A stretch of 64,000 bases of DNA, taken from positions 8,409 through 72,408 of the forward strand of contig JBMCBT010000001.1 of the NCBI GenBank assembly GCA_048623215.1, in the 5' to 3' direction. This document shows, piece by piece, positions 1 to 9,338 of this stretch. How positions within the stretch are numbered: position 1 is the stretch's first letter; every line of letters starts with the position of its first letter. A model generated the notes under the pieces. It was not told the DNA's origin, did no database searches, and was given only the letters and a program-made list of their open reading frames with translations. The stretch is from Halothermotrichaceae bacterium (GTDB taxonomy: Bacteria > Bacillota > Halanaerobiia > Halanaerobiales > DTU029). The position numbers and the translations under genes are program-made.

Positions 1-1894
1 AATTGATAGAGCCACTTCCAGTTATAAAGGAGTTTTTATAATTAACACTGGCATCAACTATCTCTATATTATCCTGGTGATACTTACTATCTATTTGAAA
101 ATCAGTAAAGTTATATTGGTTCCAGCTGATTTCATCTGTTTCAGCCGTTATATTTACTATGGGCTCAGTTATATTATCTGTTATCTGACAGTTAATATCA
201 AGAGAACCGTTAAGTTTACTTAAATTTCCATTATCAAAATGCCTTGCTGCCTTTTCTACTGAAATATTATTACCACTGACCTGTAAATCAAGCTTTGATT
301 GGTTTAAATCAACTATTCCTGCAAAATCAATTTTATCAGGCATTTCTAATTGCCCCTTTTCTACCATTAATACACCATTTGAAAGATAAAATCGGCTTTT
401 TAAATGATCCAGGACAGTATTATTTATTTCTGGAGATTCAATCTGAATATCTCCCAGTAAACTCAGTTGATCCAGACTGAAACCAGCACCAACAATTGAA
501 GTGTCCAGGTTTACAGTGCCTTCAGGTTTCAATTTTTCAAAAAAATCAACTTCAAGATGGTCTGTTAATAATCCTAAATTTAACCTGCTTGATTTCAGGT
601 CAAAACTATACTTGCTATTATCTGTATTGTATATACCACTGGCCAGCACCTTACCTGTCATATCGGAATACATTTTAAAGTAATCAAGATAAATTAACCC
701 ATTTTTATAGCGCAAATCTGTCTCTCCAGAAACTTGGCTAGAATTAATAATTGTTGATGGTAATGAAAAATTAAGGCTAACTTCTGGGTTGGTTATGTTT
801 CCATTAATACCAGCTGTTATTTCTCCCATTCCGGCGAAATTATAATTTTTTACAAATTTATTGACCTGGCTTAAATCAAATTTTCTGGAATCTAAAATAA
901 CATTAATTTGCTTTTTATTTTCAAAATTATAACTACCTTCTAAACTAAAGGGAATTTCATTAAGTAACAGGTCAGTATTTTTAAATGATAACTTCCGGGA
1001 ATCAAAAGATACTTCACTATTAAAACCGGCAACAATAAATTCATGTTCCAGTTTAGAATTTTTCATCTTGGCCTGTATATGTTTAAGGTCTACTTTACCA
1101 CTGTAGTCGTCCAGTTGGTTATTTTTTCCCCGAAAATTCAAACTAAATTTACCTTCTCCCTGGAAATTTTCTGCCTCAAACTGCTCATTTGTTACTATCT
1201 TTTGATCCAGTATTTTATGGAACTGTTCAAGGGCTAAATACCCTGTATTGAGATTGCCTCTCCAGCTATTATCCGAAGAAATTAAGTTTAAATCCAGGTT
1301 GTTAATATTAACGTTATTTATCTTATGGTTATTCCATTTTAATTTTTCAATATTTACATCAGTATCCGCTTTTATTTTCATTTGATTTTTTTCATTAGTT
1401 AAAGTCATAAACAAATCCTGAAACTGTATTTTATTATCTAAATCATTATACGATAAAAAACCATTTTCTATTTCAACACTGACTGCCTCTGTTCCATTTT
1501 TAAAATAAGGTAGTGGAATTAATATATCTTCTTTATTATTAACATCATCCTGTATATTGTGAATTTTAATTGATGGATTTTTTATTTTAATATAATCAAA
1601 ACCATTTATGATATTATTTTTTGTGATAAGGTCATATAAATCATAATAAATAAGTGCTTTTTTTGCATTAATATCTACCTGGTCATTTTTAATTTCAACA
1701 TTATTTAATACAATTCTATTTAGCGGCCATAATGATACACTTTCTGTTTTAAATTCAACCTGATATTTTTCTTCCAAAGAATTTATTATCTCAGCCCTTT
1801 TGCTGACTAATAAATTTCCTCCCTTATAGAAAAAAATTCCTGCCAGGGCAACAAACATAAGTAATCCCAGTACTATTAACGATTTATATTTCAT
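1..1894 (-). CDS. AsmA/TamB-like envelope (outer-membrane biogenesis) protein, N-terminal ~630 aa; the 3' end lies beyond the window start
   Basis: Absent from the ORF track because no stop lies inside the window. ATG at 1894..1892 follows GGAGG (taatGGAGGttcttATG). I hand-checked the frame (plus-strand triplets starting at positions = 2 mod 3) over 2..240, 1021..1080 and 1860..1894 and found no stop. N-terminus MKYKSLIVLGLLMFVALAGIFFYKGG is a single membrane anchor, followed by long Asn/Ser/Ile/Lys-rich beta-like sequence. Family call is by resemblance only. Confidence 0.5.
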   Translation of the reverse strand, partial: MKYKSLIVLGLLMFVALAGIFFYKGGNLLVSKRAEIINSLEEKYQVEFKTESVSLWPLNRIVLNNVEIKNDQVDINAKKALIYYDLYDLITKNNIINGFDYIKIKNPSIKIHNIQDDVNNKEDILIPLPYFKNGTEAVSVEIENGFLSYNDLDNKIQFQDLFMTLTNEKNQMKIKADTDVNIEKLKWNNHKINNVNINNLDLNLISSDNSWRGNLNTGYLALEQFHKILDQKIVTNEQFEAENFQGEGKFSLNFRGKNNQLDDYSGKVDLKHIQAKMKNSKLEHEFIVAGFNSEVSFDSRKLSFKNTDLLLNEIPFSLEGSYNFENKKQINVILDSRKFDLSQVNKFVKNYNFAGMGEITAGINGNITNPEVSLNFSLPSTIINSSQVSGETDLRYKNGLIYLDYFKMYSDMTGKVLASGIYNTDNSKYSFDLKSSRLNLGLLTDHLEVDFFEKLKPEGTVNLDTSIVGAGFSLDQLSLLGDIQIESPEINNTVLDHLKSRFYLSNGVLMVEKGQLEMPDKIDFAGIVDLNQSKLDLQVSGNNISVEKAARHFDNGNLSKLNGSLDINCQITDNITEPIVNITAETDEISWNQYNFTDFQIDSKYHQDNIEIVDASVNYKNSFITGSGSIN

Positions 1895-1981
1895 AAGAAC
1901 CTCCATTACAACCTCTACTTATAATAAAATGATATTATATTTATATGATTAAATCAACCGTTTTGGAATTGTATTTATTGG

Positions 1982-2015
1982 AAAACCCTGAGATAATCAG
2001 TTATCTCAGGGTTTT
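1982..2015 (-). terminator. Rho-independent terminator after the S55 peptidase gene
   Basis: Perfect 15-bp inverted repeat AAAACCCTGAGATAA / TTATCTCAGGGTTTT with loop TCAG. A/T runs flank both sides. Confidence 0.7.
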
Positions 2016-2038
2016 ATAGTTTATTTTATTTTTTTAGT

Positions 2039-3787
2039 TTATTTTTCTGTCTTGTTTTTCTCTTCTATTTTAATATCTAATGATAAATTCCCTTCCAGTA
2101 CATAATCAGTTTTATAATAATCCTTAATCTCACTGCTAGTTTCTTCAACTGGTATTGCTGGATTTAATTCTTTTTCATCTTCTTTCTCAATATCTTTACC
2201 GTTTCCAGGCGGCTCCGGTGCAGCATAACTGGGATATATCTGAACTATTAATTGATTGTTTGTAGGTGCCTCCAGATAATCATTTATAATAGATTCAAAA
2301 TCTTTATAACCATCAACAATAGCCTGATTTGTCTGCTGTTGGTTATTTAGCTCCTCTTCCGGTATAGACGGATATGATTCTCCAGTAAAACCACCACTAA
2401 TTATTAAAGTAGCCCTGCCGGGACTGATATCCTCTGGTAAATCTATAAAAACTTTTTTGACAATAGTCTTATCCCGATAGGGATGAAGAGTAACCTCAAT
2501 CTCAAGAGTATCTCCCGGCTTTATTTCTTTATTTAAAACCTTTGCTTCCTGAACAAGGGCTACTTTGTTACTATTTTCAATTTCAATATCCACCTGAATA
2601 TCAACGAAATTAATGTCTTTAAATGGATTATTAGTTATTACATTTACATATTGATAGAGCTCATAGAGTGCAGTGGCAGCAATATCCTGTCTGCTATAAA
2701 ATATGTTTTCCCTTTCTACACTTCTATCAGGCAGACCCCTACCATTTATTGTAAACTTAACTTTCGCCGTGCCTTTACCAATTCTGTCCAGTGTTGAATC
2801 TATTGACTGCAGACCTACATTGGTAACAAGTGATGTTAAAATATCTTCATCTTTAACCAACTGTACATTAACATCATTACTATAGCCGCGCTCATTATCC
2901 CTCACCTTTATTCTTAAGGGTATAATTTTTGGATATTCCTTTAATTTTCCGACAATACCGGCCCCTCTATCTATATTTACCTCACCCAGTAGTTTCTCAT
3001 GTGGTGTGCCGAGTTTAAAGGGCTGCTCATTACTGGGAATAACCCCATTAATATAGGCCTTACTTAAAAGATAGTTAACATCACCTTTATTAAAAAATGG
3101 GTGACCAAAAGCCAGTATATTATCTCCATCTTTATAGGTTAGAGTACCTATTGAAGAAATACTAATATCTCCCCTTGCTAATTGGACAGCAACAGCACTA
3201 CCAGACTGTAATGACGTTTGCGCCAGTGCTTTACTCCTGTTGCTGCTGCCGGCAGACATTACTTTAAACCCATAATCACTAAAATCTTTTTCAAATCTTT
3301 TTAGGGCACGTCCGCTCAGTCCACTTATAAATAATGGAGTTTTAGTTTCAACAGGGCTTCCCTCTTTTATAGAAGGTATATTAATACTATCTTCATTATC
3401 AAACAGTTTCAACATATACTCAATGGGAGTTACTACCCCGTAATTATGTTTGGAATTTTGCCAGCCGTAACCTATAGCACCAATTAATTTGCCGTCAATA
3501 TAGACAGGGCTTCCACTCATTCCGGCAGCAATCCCGCCAGCTTCTTCAATTTTATCTCCACTAACTTTTATTAAAATAAGACTTTTATTTAGCTCCTGTT
3601 CTTCCATTACATCTATTATTTCCACAGGAAATTCCTCAACCTGATAACCTTTAAAAACTGTCCTGCCGACACCTTGCATGCCGGGTTCTACTTCCTGAAC
3701 TTTTAATATCTCCTGTGCATGTATACTGCTAAATGAACAAAATAAGACAAATATAACAAATAAAAGTAGTTTGTTATTTAATCTCAA
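2039..3787 (-). CDS. Peptidase S55 (SpoIVB-type serine peptidase) domain protein, exported
   Basis: Signal peptide MRLNNKLLLFVIFVLFCSFSSIHA. Segment GGIAAGMSGSPVYIDGKLIGAIGYGW resembles the SpoIVB catalytic-Ser motif GMSGSP. Lies directly downstream of mbl. Confidence 0.65.
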   Translation of the reverse strand: MRLNNKLLLFVIFVLFCSFSSIHAQEILKVQEVEPGMQGVGRTVFKGYQVEEFPVEIIDVMEEQELNKSLILIKVSGDKIEEAGGIAAGMSGSPVYIDGKLIGAIGYGWQNSKHNYGVVTPIEYMLKLFDNEDSINIPSIKEGSPVETKTPLFISGLSGRALKRFEKDFSDYGFKVMSAGSSNRSKALAQTSLQSGSAVAVQLARGDISISSIGTLTYKDGDNILAFGHPFFNKGDVNYLLSKAYINGVIPSNEQPFKLGTPHEKLLGEVNIDRGAGIVGKLKEYPKIIPLRIKVRDNERGYSNDVNVQLVKDEDILTSLVTNVGLQSIDSTLDRIGKGTAKVKFTINGRGLPDRSVERENIFYSRQDIAATALYELYQYVNVITNNPFKDINFVDIQVDIEIENSNKVALVQEAKVLNKEIKPGDTLEIEVTLHPYRDKTIVKKVFIDLPEDISPGRATLIISGGFTGESYPSIPEEELNNQQQTNQAIVDGYKDFESIINDYLEAPTNNQLIVQIYPSYAAPEPPGNGKDIEKEDEKELNPAIPVEETSSEIKDYYKTDYVLEGNLSLDIKIEEKNKTEK

Positions 3788-3804
3788 ATTATCAAATCCT
3801 TCCT

Positions 3805-4833
3805 TTATCCTTTGTATTTTACTCCCTCATTGGAAGTGAGTATATCAGATAGTTTATCCAATTCTTCTAGTGCATGTCCAGTACCTCTAGCAACACATGT
3901 TAATGGGTCATCTGCCAGGAAAACAGGTATATCAGTCTGTTTACTCAAAAGTTTGGTAAATCCTCTTAAAAGTGCGCCTCCACCGGTCATAATAATCCCC
4001 CGGTCCATTATATCGGATGATAATTCTGGTGGTGTCTGTTCCAATACTCTTTTAACAGCATCAGTAATAGCATTTATCGGTTCCTGAAAAGCTTCAATAG
4101 TTTCTTCCGAAGTAAGCACAAGATTTTTAGGAAGTCCTGAAACAACACTTCTACCGCGAACTTCATATTCTTTGTTTTCTTCTACATAGGCTGCCCCAAT
4201 ATTCATTTTAATTTCTTCAGCAGTTTTATCTCCAATAATCAAATTGTACTTGTCCCTGATATAACGAATCATAGCTTCGTCAAAGCGGTCTCCACCAATC
4301 CTAAGTGATTCACTAACAACTATTCCTCCCAGAGATAACACAGCAATTTCAGAAGTGCCTCCCCCAATATCTATAACCATACTACCGCTGGGTTCATCAA
4401 TAGGCAGCCCTGCCCCTATTGCAGCAGCCAGGGGTTCTTCAATTAAAAATGTCTTTTTAGCCCCAACCTGCATGGCTGATTCAATAACTGCTCTTTTTTC
4501 TACTCCAGTTATCCCTACTGGAATACATACCATTACAGTTGGTTTGAATAATCTCTTCCTTTTTACAGCCTGTGATATAAAATGTTTTAACATTATTTCT
4601 GTTACTTCAAAATCAGCGATTACACCATCTTTTAGTGGGCGAATGGCGACAATATTACCAGGTGTCCTGCCTAACATCCGCCTGGCCTCTGTCCCCACTG
4701 CCACAACATTATCATTGTTTTTATCCATAACAACAACCGATGGTTCCTGAAGTACTATACCTTCACCTTTTTCAAAAACAAGAATATTTGCTGTACCAAG
4801 ATCTATACCTATTTTTTTGGAAAAACTAATCAT
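3805..4833 (-). CDS. mbl: MreB/Mbl actin-like rod-shape protein
   Basis: [12 protein letters not shown] phosphate-1 motif, [21 protein letters not shown]. Position directly downstream of spoIIID matches the B. subtilis spoIIID-mbl arrangement. Confidence 0.9.
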   Translation of the reverse strand: MISFSKKIGIDLGTANILVFEKGEGIVLQEPSVVVMDKNNDNVVAVGTEARRMLGRTPGNIVAIRPLKDGVIADFEVTEIMLKHFISQAVKRKRLFKPTVMVCIPVGITGVEKRAVIESAMQVGAKKTFLIEEPLAAAIGAGLPIDEPSGSMVIDIGGGTSEIAVLSLGGIVVSESLRIGGDRFDEAMIRYIRDKYNLIIGDKTAEEIKMNIGAAYVEENKEYEVRGRSVVSGLPKNLVLTSEETIEAFQEPINAITDAVKRVLEQTPPELSSDIMDRGIIMTGGGALLRGFTKLLSKQTDIPVFLADDPLTCVARGTGHALEELDKLSDILTSNEGVKYKG

Positions 4834-4937
4834 CTTTCTGCAGAACCCCCTTATATTTCCATAACTAATATATTATATTCGATATACATTGTTTTTTTCC
4901 TGCATATATACAAATAAAAGCTAATATCTTAATTATA

Positions 4938-5195
4938 CTATTCTTTCTTCATCATTTCATATTTTTTTCGGGTTGCCTCACCACCTCTGATATGCCGTTC
5001 CGCTTTATTAAATTCAAGTACTTTTTTTACTCTGGAGGCAAGTTCTGAATCAATTTTTAATAATCGTTCCGTAACATCCTTATGAATTGTACTTTTACTG
5101 ACACCATAGATTTTCGCTGCCTGACGTACTGTGGCTTTGGTTTCATAAATATAATTTGCCACTTCTTTTACCCTCTCTCGAATATAGTCCTTCAA
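4938..5195 (-). CDS. spoIIID: Stage III sporulation transcriptional regulator SpoIIID
   Basis: KDYIRERV...TVRQAAKIYGVSKSTIHKDVTERL...HIRGGEATRKKY is colinear with B. subtilis SpoIIID (HTH plus basic C-terminal region). I prefer the TTG at 5195 (GGGGGGAataagaTTG, product MKDYIRER...) over the track's GTG at 5210. Confidence 0.9.
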   Translation of the reverse strand: MKDYIRERVKEVANYIYETKATVRQAAKIYGVSKSTIHKDVTERLLKIDSELASRVKKVLEFNKAERHIRGGEATRKKYEMMKKE

Positions 5196-5233
5196 TCTTA
5201 TTCCCCCCACACTAGAAAAACCAATACTACTTA

Positions 5234-5263
5234 ATGTATATGCACCAGTTCAGGTAAAATATA
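5234..5263 (-). promoter_or_regulatory. Candidate sigma-E-type promoter of spoIIID
   Basis: Minus strand reads TATATT, 15 nt, CATATACAT about 40 nt upstream of the start. This resembles the sigma-E consensus (ATATT / CATACA-T). By-eye match only. Confidence 0.25.
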
Positions 5264-5463
5264 CCAGTTGATATTTATTCTATATTTAGAAAAAAAAGTA
5301 TAATTTGAAGGACTTTTTTTGCCATTAGCGAATTACTAGTATATGTTCATAACATATATTGCCTTATTACTAAAATAAAGGTGGTGATTTATATATAAAA
5401 CATAATTATCTCTTTTCTTCTCTATTCTCATATGTATTTTAAATTATAAAGGAGGAATTTAAT

Positions 5464-7149
5464 GTGAGTTCTATTCTTATTGCGCTGGGGACTTTTGTTG
5501 GTTTTATACTGGCTTATAATTTTTACGGTAAATATTTAAGTAAAAAGATTTTTGATGTTAACCCAGAAAATGAAGTCCCCTCCAAAAAGTATGAAGATGG
5601 TGTAGATTATGTCCCTACAGACAGCCATATATTGTTCGGACACCATTTTACCTCAATTGCTGGTGCAGCTCCAATTGTAGGCCCGGCTATAGCAGTTATC
5701 TGGGGCTGGGTTCCGGCAGTATTATGGGTAGTACTGGGTTCCATCTTTCTGGGGGCAGTTCACGATTTTAGTTCCCTGATGGTCTCAGCAAGAAATGAAG
5801 GTAAAAGTATTGGGGAAATTAGCGGAAATATTGTTAATAATAGAGTGCGTATACTCTTTTTATTATTTATTTTCTTTACATTATTAGTAGTAATTGCTGT
5901 ATTTGCACTTGTTATAGGGATTCTATTTGCAAGTTATCCGCAGAGTGTTTTCCCGGTCTTTATGGAAATACCTCTGGCTATAGCTCTCGGTTACCTGGTT
6001 TACCGCAAAAAGAAAAAAGTACTTATTCCATCCTTAATCGCACTTGTTATAATGTATATTACAATCTGGCTTGGACTTTATCTTCCTTTTGAAATGCCGA
6101 CATTATTTGGACTATCCCCAATTATGGTCTGGGTTATCATTCTATTAATATATGCTTATATTGCTTCTATCCTGCCAGTATGGACTTTATTACAACCAAG
6201 AGACTTTATTAATTCTCATGAGCTAATAGTAGGTCTTGTATTAATCATTCTGGGGCTTTTTGTGGCAAGGCCAGAAATCGTAGCTCCTGCATTTAATACC
6301 AATTTAACGGCTGACGTACCGCCAATAATACCATTCCTATTTATAACAATAGCCTGTGGTGCTATATCTGGTTTTCACTCAACTGTTTCTTCAGGTACAA
6401 CTGTCAAACAGTTGAAATCAGAAAAAGACGCACCAAGAATTGGCTATGGTGGTATGCTGGCTGAAGGTGTACTGGCTACAATGGCTATCCTGGCCTGTAC
6501 TGCCGGTTTTTCTTCACTGGAGGCCTGGACAGGTCACTATGCCAGCTGGAGTGCAGCCAGTGGTCTGGGAGCAAAAGTAGGAGCATTTGTTGAAGGTGGT
6601 ACCAGTTTCCTGACCAGCCTGGGTTTTTCACATGATCTTGGAGCCGCTATACTTGCTGTACTGGTAGTTAGTTTTGCAGCTACTACCCTTGATAGTGCTA
6701 CCCGTATACAGCGTTATGTTGTCTCTGAACTGGCCACTAATCTCAAACTAAAACCACTTGCTACCAAACACGGTGCTACTATAATTGCTGTCGGTTCAGC
6801 TTTTTTATTAGCAAGAATTAATGGTGGCCAAGGTGGTATGATATTATGGCCCTTGTTTGGAGCGGCCAATCAAATGCTGGCCGCACTGGCCTTAATGGTG
6901 GCTACCGTTTATCTAGTGAAAAAGAAAAAACCGGTCTGGGTTACAGCCTTACCATTTGTATTTATGGTAATAGTTGAAACCTGGGCACTATCTTACAACA
7001 TCAATCAATTCTACGGTTCTGCTAACTACTTATTAACTATAATTGGCGCTATTCTTCTTCTTCTGGAAATATGGATGGTAATAGAATCATTTATTGTCTT
7101 TAATAAAGCCAGAAATGGTGACCTGATAGATGATGGAATAAGTGCATAA
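5464..7149 (+). CDS. cstA: Carbon starvation protein CstA family transporter
   Basis: GTG start 7 nt after AAGGAGGA. N-terminal signature DYVPT..HILFGHHFTSIAGAAPIVGPAIAVIWGWVPAVLWVVLGSIFLGAVHDF. Polytopic membrane protein. Confidence 0.85.
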   Translation: MSSILIALGTFVGFILAYNFYGKYLSKKIFDVNPENEVPSKKYEDGVDYVPTDSHILFGHHFTSIAGAAPIVGPAIAVIWGWVPAVLWVVLGSIFLGAVHDFSSLMVSARNEGKSIGEISGNIVNNRVRILFLLFIFFTLLVVIAVFALVIGILFASYPQSVFPVFMEIPLAIALGYLVYRKKKKVLIPSLIALVIMYITIWLGLYLPFEMPTLFGLSPIMVWVIILLIYAYIASILPVWTLLQPRDFINSHELIVGLVLIILGLFVARPEIVAPAFNTNLTADVPPIIPFLFITIACGAISGFHSTVSSGTTVKQLKSEKDAPRIGYGGMLAEGVLATMAILACTAGFSSLEAWTGHYASWSAASGLGAKVGAFVEGGTSFLTSLGFSHDLGAAILAVLVVSFAATTLDSATRIQRYVVSELATNLKLKPLATKHGATIIAVGSAFLLARINGGQGGMILWPLFGAANQMLAALALMVATVYLVKKKKPVWVTALPFVFMVIVETWALSYNINQFYGSANYLLTIIGAILLLLEIWMVIESFIVFNKARNGDLIDDGISA

Positions 7150-7228
7150 TAATATTTAAATATTATGTAATTCAGCTATAGTAAACTATAGTAAAACTAT
7201 TTCTATTTTACAATAATCATATCAAAAA

Positions 7229-7260
7229 AAATCCCAATTCTGCTACCAGAGTTGGGATTT
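7229..7260 (-). terminator. Terminator between convergent cstA and the spoIIQ-like gene
   Basis: AAATCCCAA / TTGGGATTT stem with a 14-nt loop. Followed on the minus strand by a T8 run. Confidence 0.6.
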
Positions 7261-7315
7261 CTAATTTGAAATTATTTTTTATTTATTTATGATTAAAACA
7301 TAAATAATAACATCT

Positions 7316-8176
7316 TTATTTGCCTTCAAAATAATTTAATGGGTTTATGTATCCATCTTCATTCTGCAGTGAAAAATATAAAGCTGGCTGGCTGACAATA
7401 CCAGTAAGGCCAATTCGTCCAATTTCCTGCCCTTTGCCTACTGTTTCATTTGGAGATACAGAGGCCCGCTGCAGATGGCCATATTCTGTCTTCCACCCAT
7501 TTTGGTGATCTACAGTAACCATTATTCCCTTATACTCGTCTTCACTGACTGAAACCACCTTGCCGTCAGCAGCAGCCATTACTATATCACCTGAATTACC
7601 ACTTATCTTAATACCATAAAGATAACGCCAGTCATCAAATACCGAATGATAATACCATCCCGGTTCCTGCAGCAGTTGTCCCGATACTGGTTTTATCAAA
7701 CTTCTCATCTGCTGTTGTCTATCATTATTTAGTGGCTGAACCGCTTCAGTGACAACACCCTCTTCTGCAGGCTGTGATGGTAATTGTTCTTCTTCTACTG
7801 CAGTTCTGTTGCTATCACCAGCTTCAATAGAATTATTACTTTCTTCAGCAATGTCATCACTTTCTTTACCAACATTATCACTTCTTGCTGAAATATCACT
7901 CTCATCAAGCTCTGGGCCATAGTTTAAGGAAAAATCCTCCTCAGTTTCTTCTCTGTCTAGAGATTCAAGTAATATATTGGTTTCGCTCTGTTCCTGGTTA
8001 CTGCTATCATTATAAAATATAGCAAAACCAGTACCAATTAACACAAAAAAGATAAATATTACAATTAAGTTTCTATATTTCTTCTTACCGGGATAAAGTT
8101 TCTTACCAATGTCCTTTAACTGCATTTTTATTTTGTCTTTATCAAGTTTGAACCAGTATTTTTTATTTTTACCCAT
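7316..8176 (-). CDS. spoIIQ: SpoIIQ-like membrane protein with a degenerate LytM (M23) domain
   Basis: N-terminal TM segment (NLIVIFIFFVLIGTGFAIF), acidic linker, then an M23-like C-terminal domain (AAADGKVVSV...VDHQNGWKTEYGHL...GQEIGRIGLTG). Position between spoIID and spoIIID matches clostridial synteny. Confidence 0.6.
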   Translation of the reverse strand: MGKNKKYWFKLDKDKIKMQLKDIGKKLYPGKKKYRNLIVIFIFFVLIGTGFAIFYNDSSNQEQSETNILLESLDREETEEDFSLNYGPELDESDISARSDNVGKESDDIAEESNNSIEAGDSNRTAVEEEQLPSQPAEEGVVTEAVQPLNNDRQQQMRSLIKPVSGQLLQEPGWYYHSVFDDWRYLYGIKISGNSGDIVMAAADGKVVSVSEDEYKGIMVTVDHQNGWKTEYGHLQRASVSPNETVGKGQEIGRIGLTGIVSQPALYFSLQNEDGYINPLNYFEGK

Positions 8177-8259
8177 AAAAATCCACCTCCATCAATATTA
8201 TTGACAGTACGTGGATAAAATATACATAAGTTAAAAAAATTGCTGTGTATCCGGAATAA

Positions 8260-9231
8260 TTATTTTTTTACCTCACCTATATCGGTTATCTTGGTGCCTG
8301 GGTAATAATGTTTGAGAATCTGGTGGTAGGTGTAGCCGGCTTTGGCCATGCCGTTGGCGCCGTCCTGGCTCATTCCTACACCGTGGCCTTTTCCCTGAAT
8401 ATGAAATGTAATTATATCACTCTGGCTTGATATATCAAACTTAGTTGATGGTAAGTTTAATTTTTGCCTGATATCTGTTCCACTATATAGCTGTTTGCCA
8501 ATTTTCATTTTTAAAACTCTTCCACTTTTGCTTTTTTCAATTATTGTAATTTTAAAGTCAGCTTTATTGAGGTTAAGATTTAATTTTTTTATAATCTGAC
8601 TAATACCGAAATATAAGTTCTGACTGGCTTCTCTATCATAAGAACTTTTAACAGTAGTCAGATAGGGAACTTTTTTTCCCCAGACATTAACTGCATTTTC
8701 TGTAAAGCCTCCACTATTGGCATGATAGACTGCATCAATTATCCGGCCATTATATAATAGAATCTCTCCCCGGGTTTGTTTAACAGCACCGCTGACTCTT
8801 GCCCAATAATAAAAATAGGGCGTAAATCCCCATTTCTCCTGCATATCTTTCTTTGATAACCAGGCCTGATTGTTTTTGAAATCAGTTGAGATATCAGCCT
8901 CTGAATGCTCTTGACAACCTGGGCCGCCAAATTGAGGCAGTTGTTTTAAAGTATAGGTTCTGGCTGCAACAGCCTGTGCTTTAAGAGCTTCTATACTATA
9001 GGCAGCCGGCATTTCAGCAGCAACTACACCTCTTAAATATTCTTCTAACTGCATAACAACTATCTTATCAGACTGATGATTATATACTTTTATCAGCATC
9101 TGGTCATTACTATTCCAAAATAAACTGCCGACCATGATAATAGGTACAATAATAATAAATATAAATAACAATAAAATTAAAAATACAGTTTTATTCCACA
9201 AAATAAAACACCCCTCTTGCTCAAAAGTCAC
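8260..9231 (-). CDS. spoIID: Stage II sporulation protein D (SpoIID lytic transglycosylase family)
   Basis: EEYLRGVVAAEMPAAYSIEALKAQAVAARTY and VYHANSGGFTEN motifs. Lies downstream of murA as in Bacillus. Confidence 0.85.
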   Translation of the reverse strand: MTFEQEGCFILWNKTVFLILLLFIFIIIVPIIMVGSLFWNSNDQMLIKVYNHQSDKIVVMQLEEYLRGVVAAEMPAAYSIEALKAQAVAARTYTLKQLPQFGGPGCQEHSEADISTDFKNNQAWLSKKDMQEKWGFTPYFYYWARVSGAVKQTRGEILLYNGRIIDAVYHANSGGFTENAVNVWGKKVPYLTTVKSSYDREASQNLYFGISQIIKKLNLNLNKADFKITIIEKSKSGRVLKMKIGKQLYSGTDIRQKLNLPSTKFDISSQSDIITFHIQGKGHGVGMSQDGANGMAKAGYTYHQILKHYYPGTKITDIGEVKK

Positions 9232-9338
9232 AATAATATTTATGACCTGAACGAGAGGAGTAGAACTTTTATTTTCATATATTCAATTATTTCAATTAAA
9301 TTAGTTATTTGCATTTCGTCTAATTAGAAAAAATATTT

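Noticed and set aside
295-1237. Four 60-64-aa plus-strand ORFs (295..480, 496..678, 501..683, 1043..1237)
   Set aside because: All lie antisense within the long open minus-strand TamB-like frame, and their products are low-complexity.
4355-4750. 131-aa plus-strand ORF antisense to mbl, and similar antisense ORFs at 3812..4087, 22788..23186 and 45042..45485
   Set aside because: These are Ser/Pro/Ile-rich translations of the reverse strand of well-supported genes. They have no start context and no recognisable motif.
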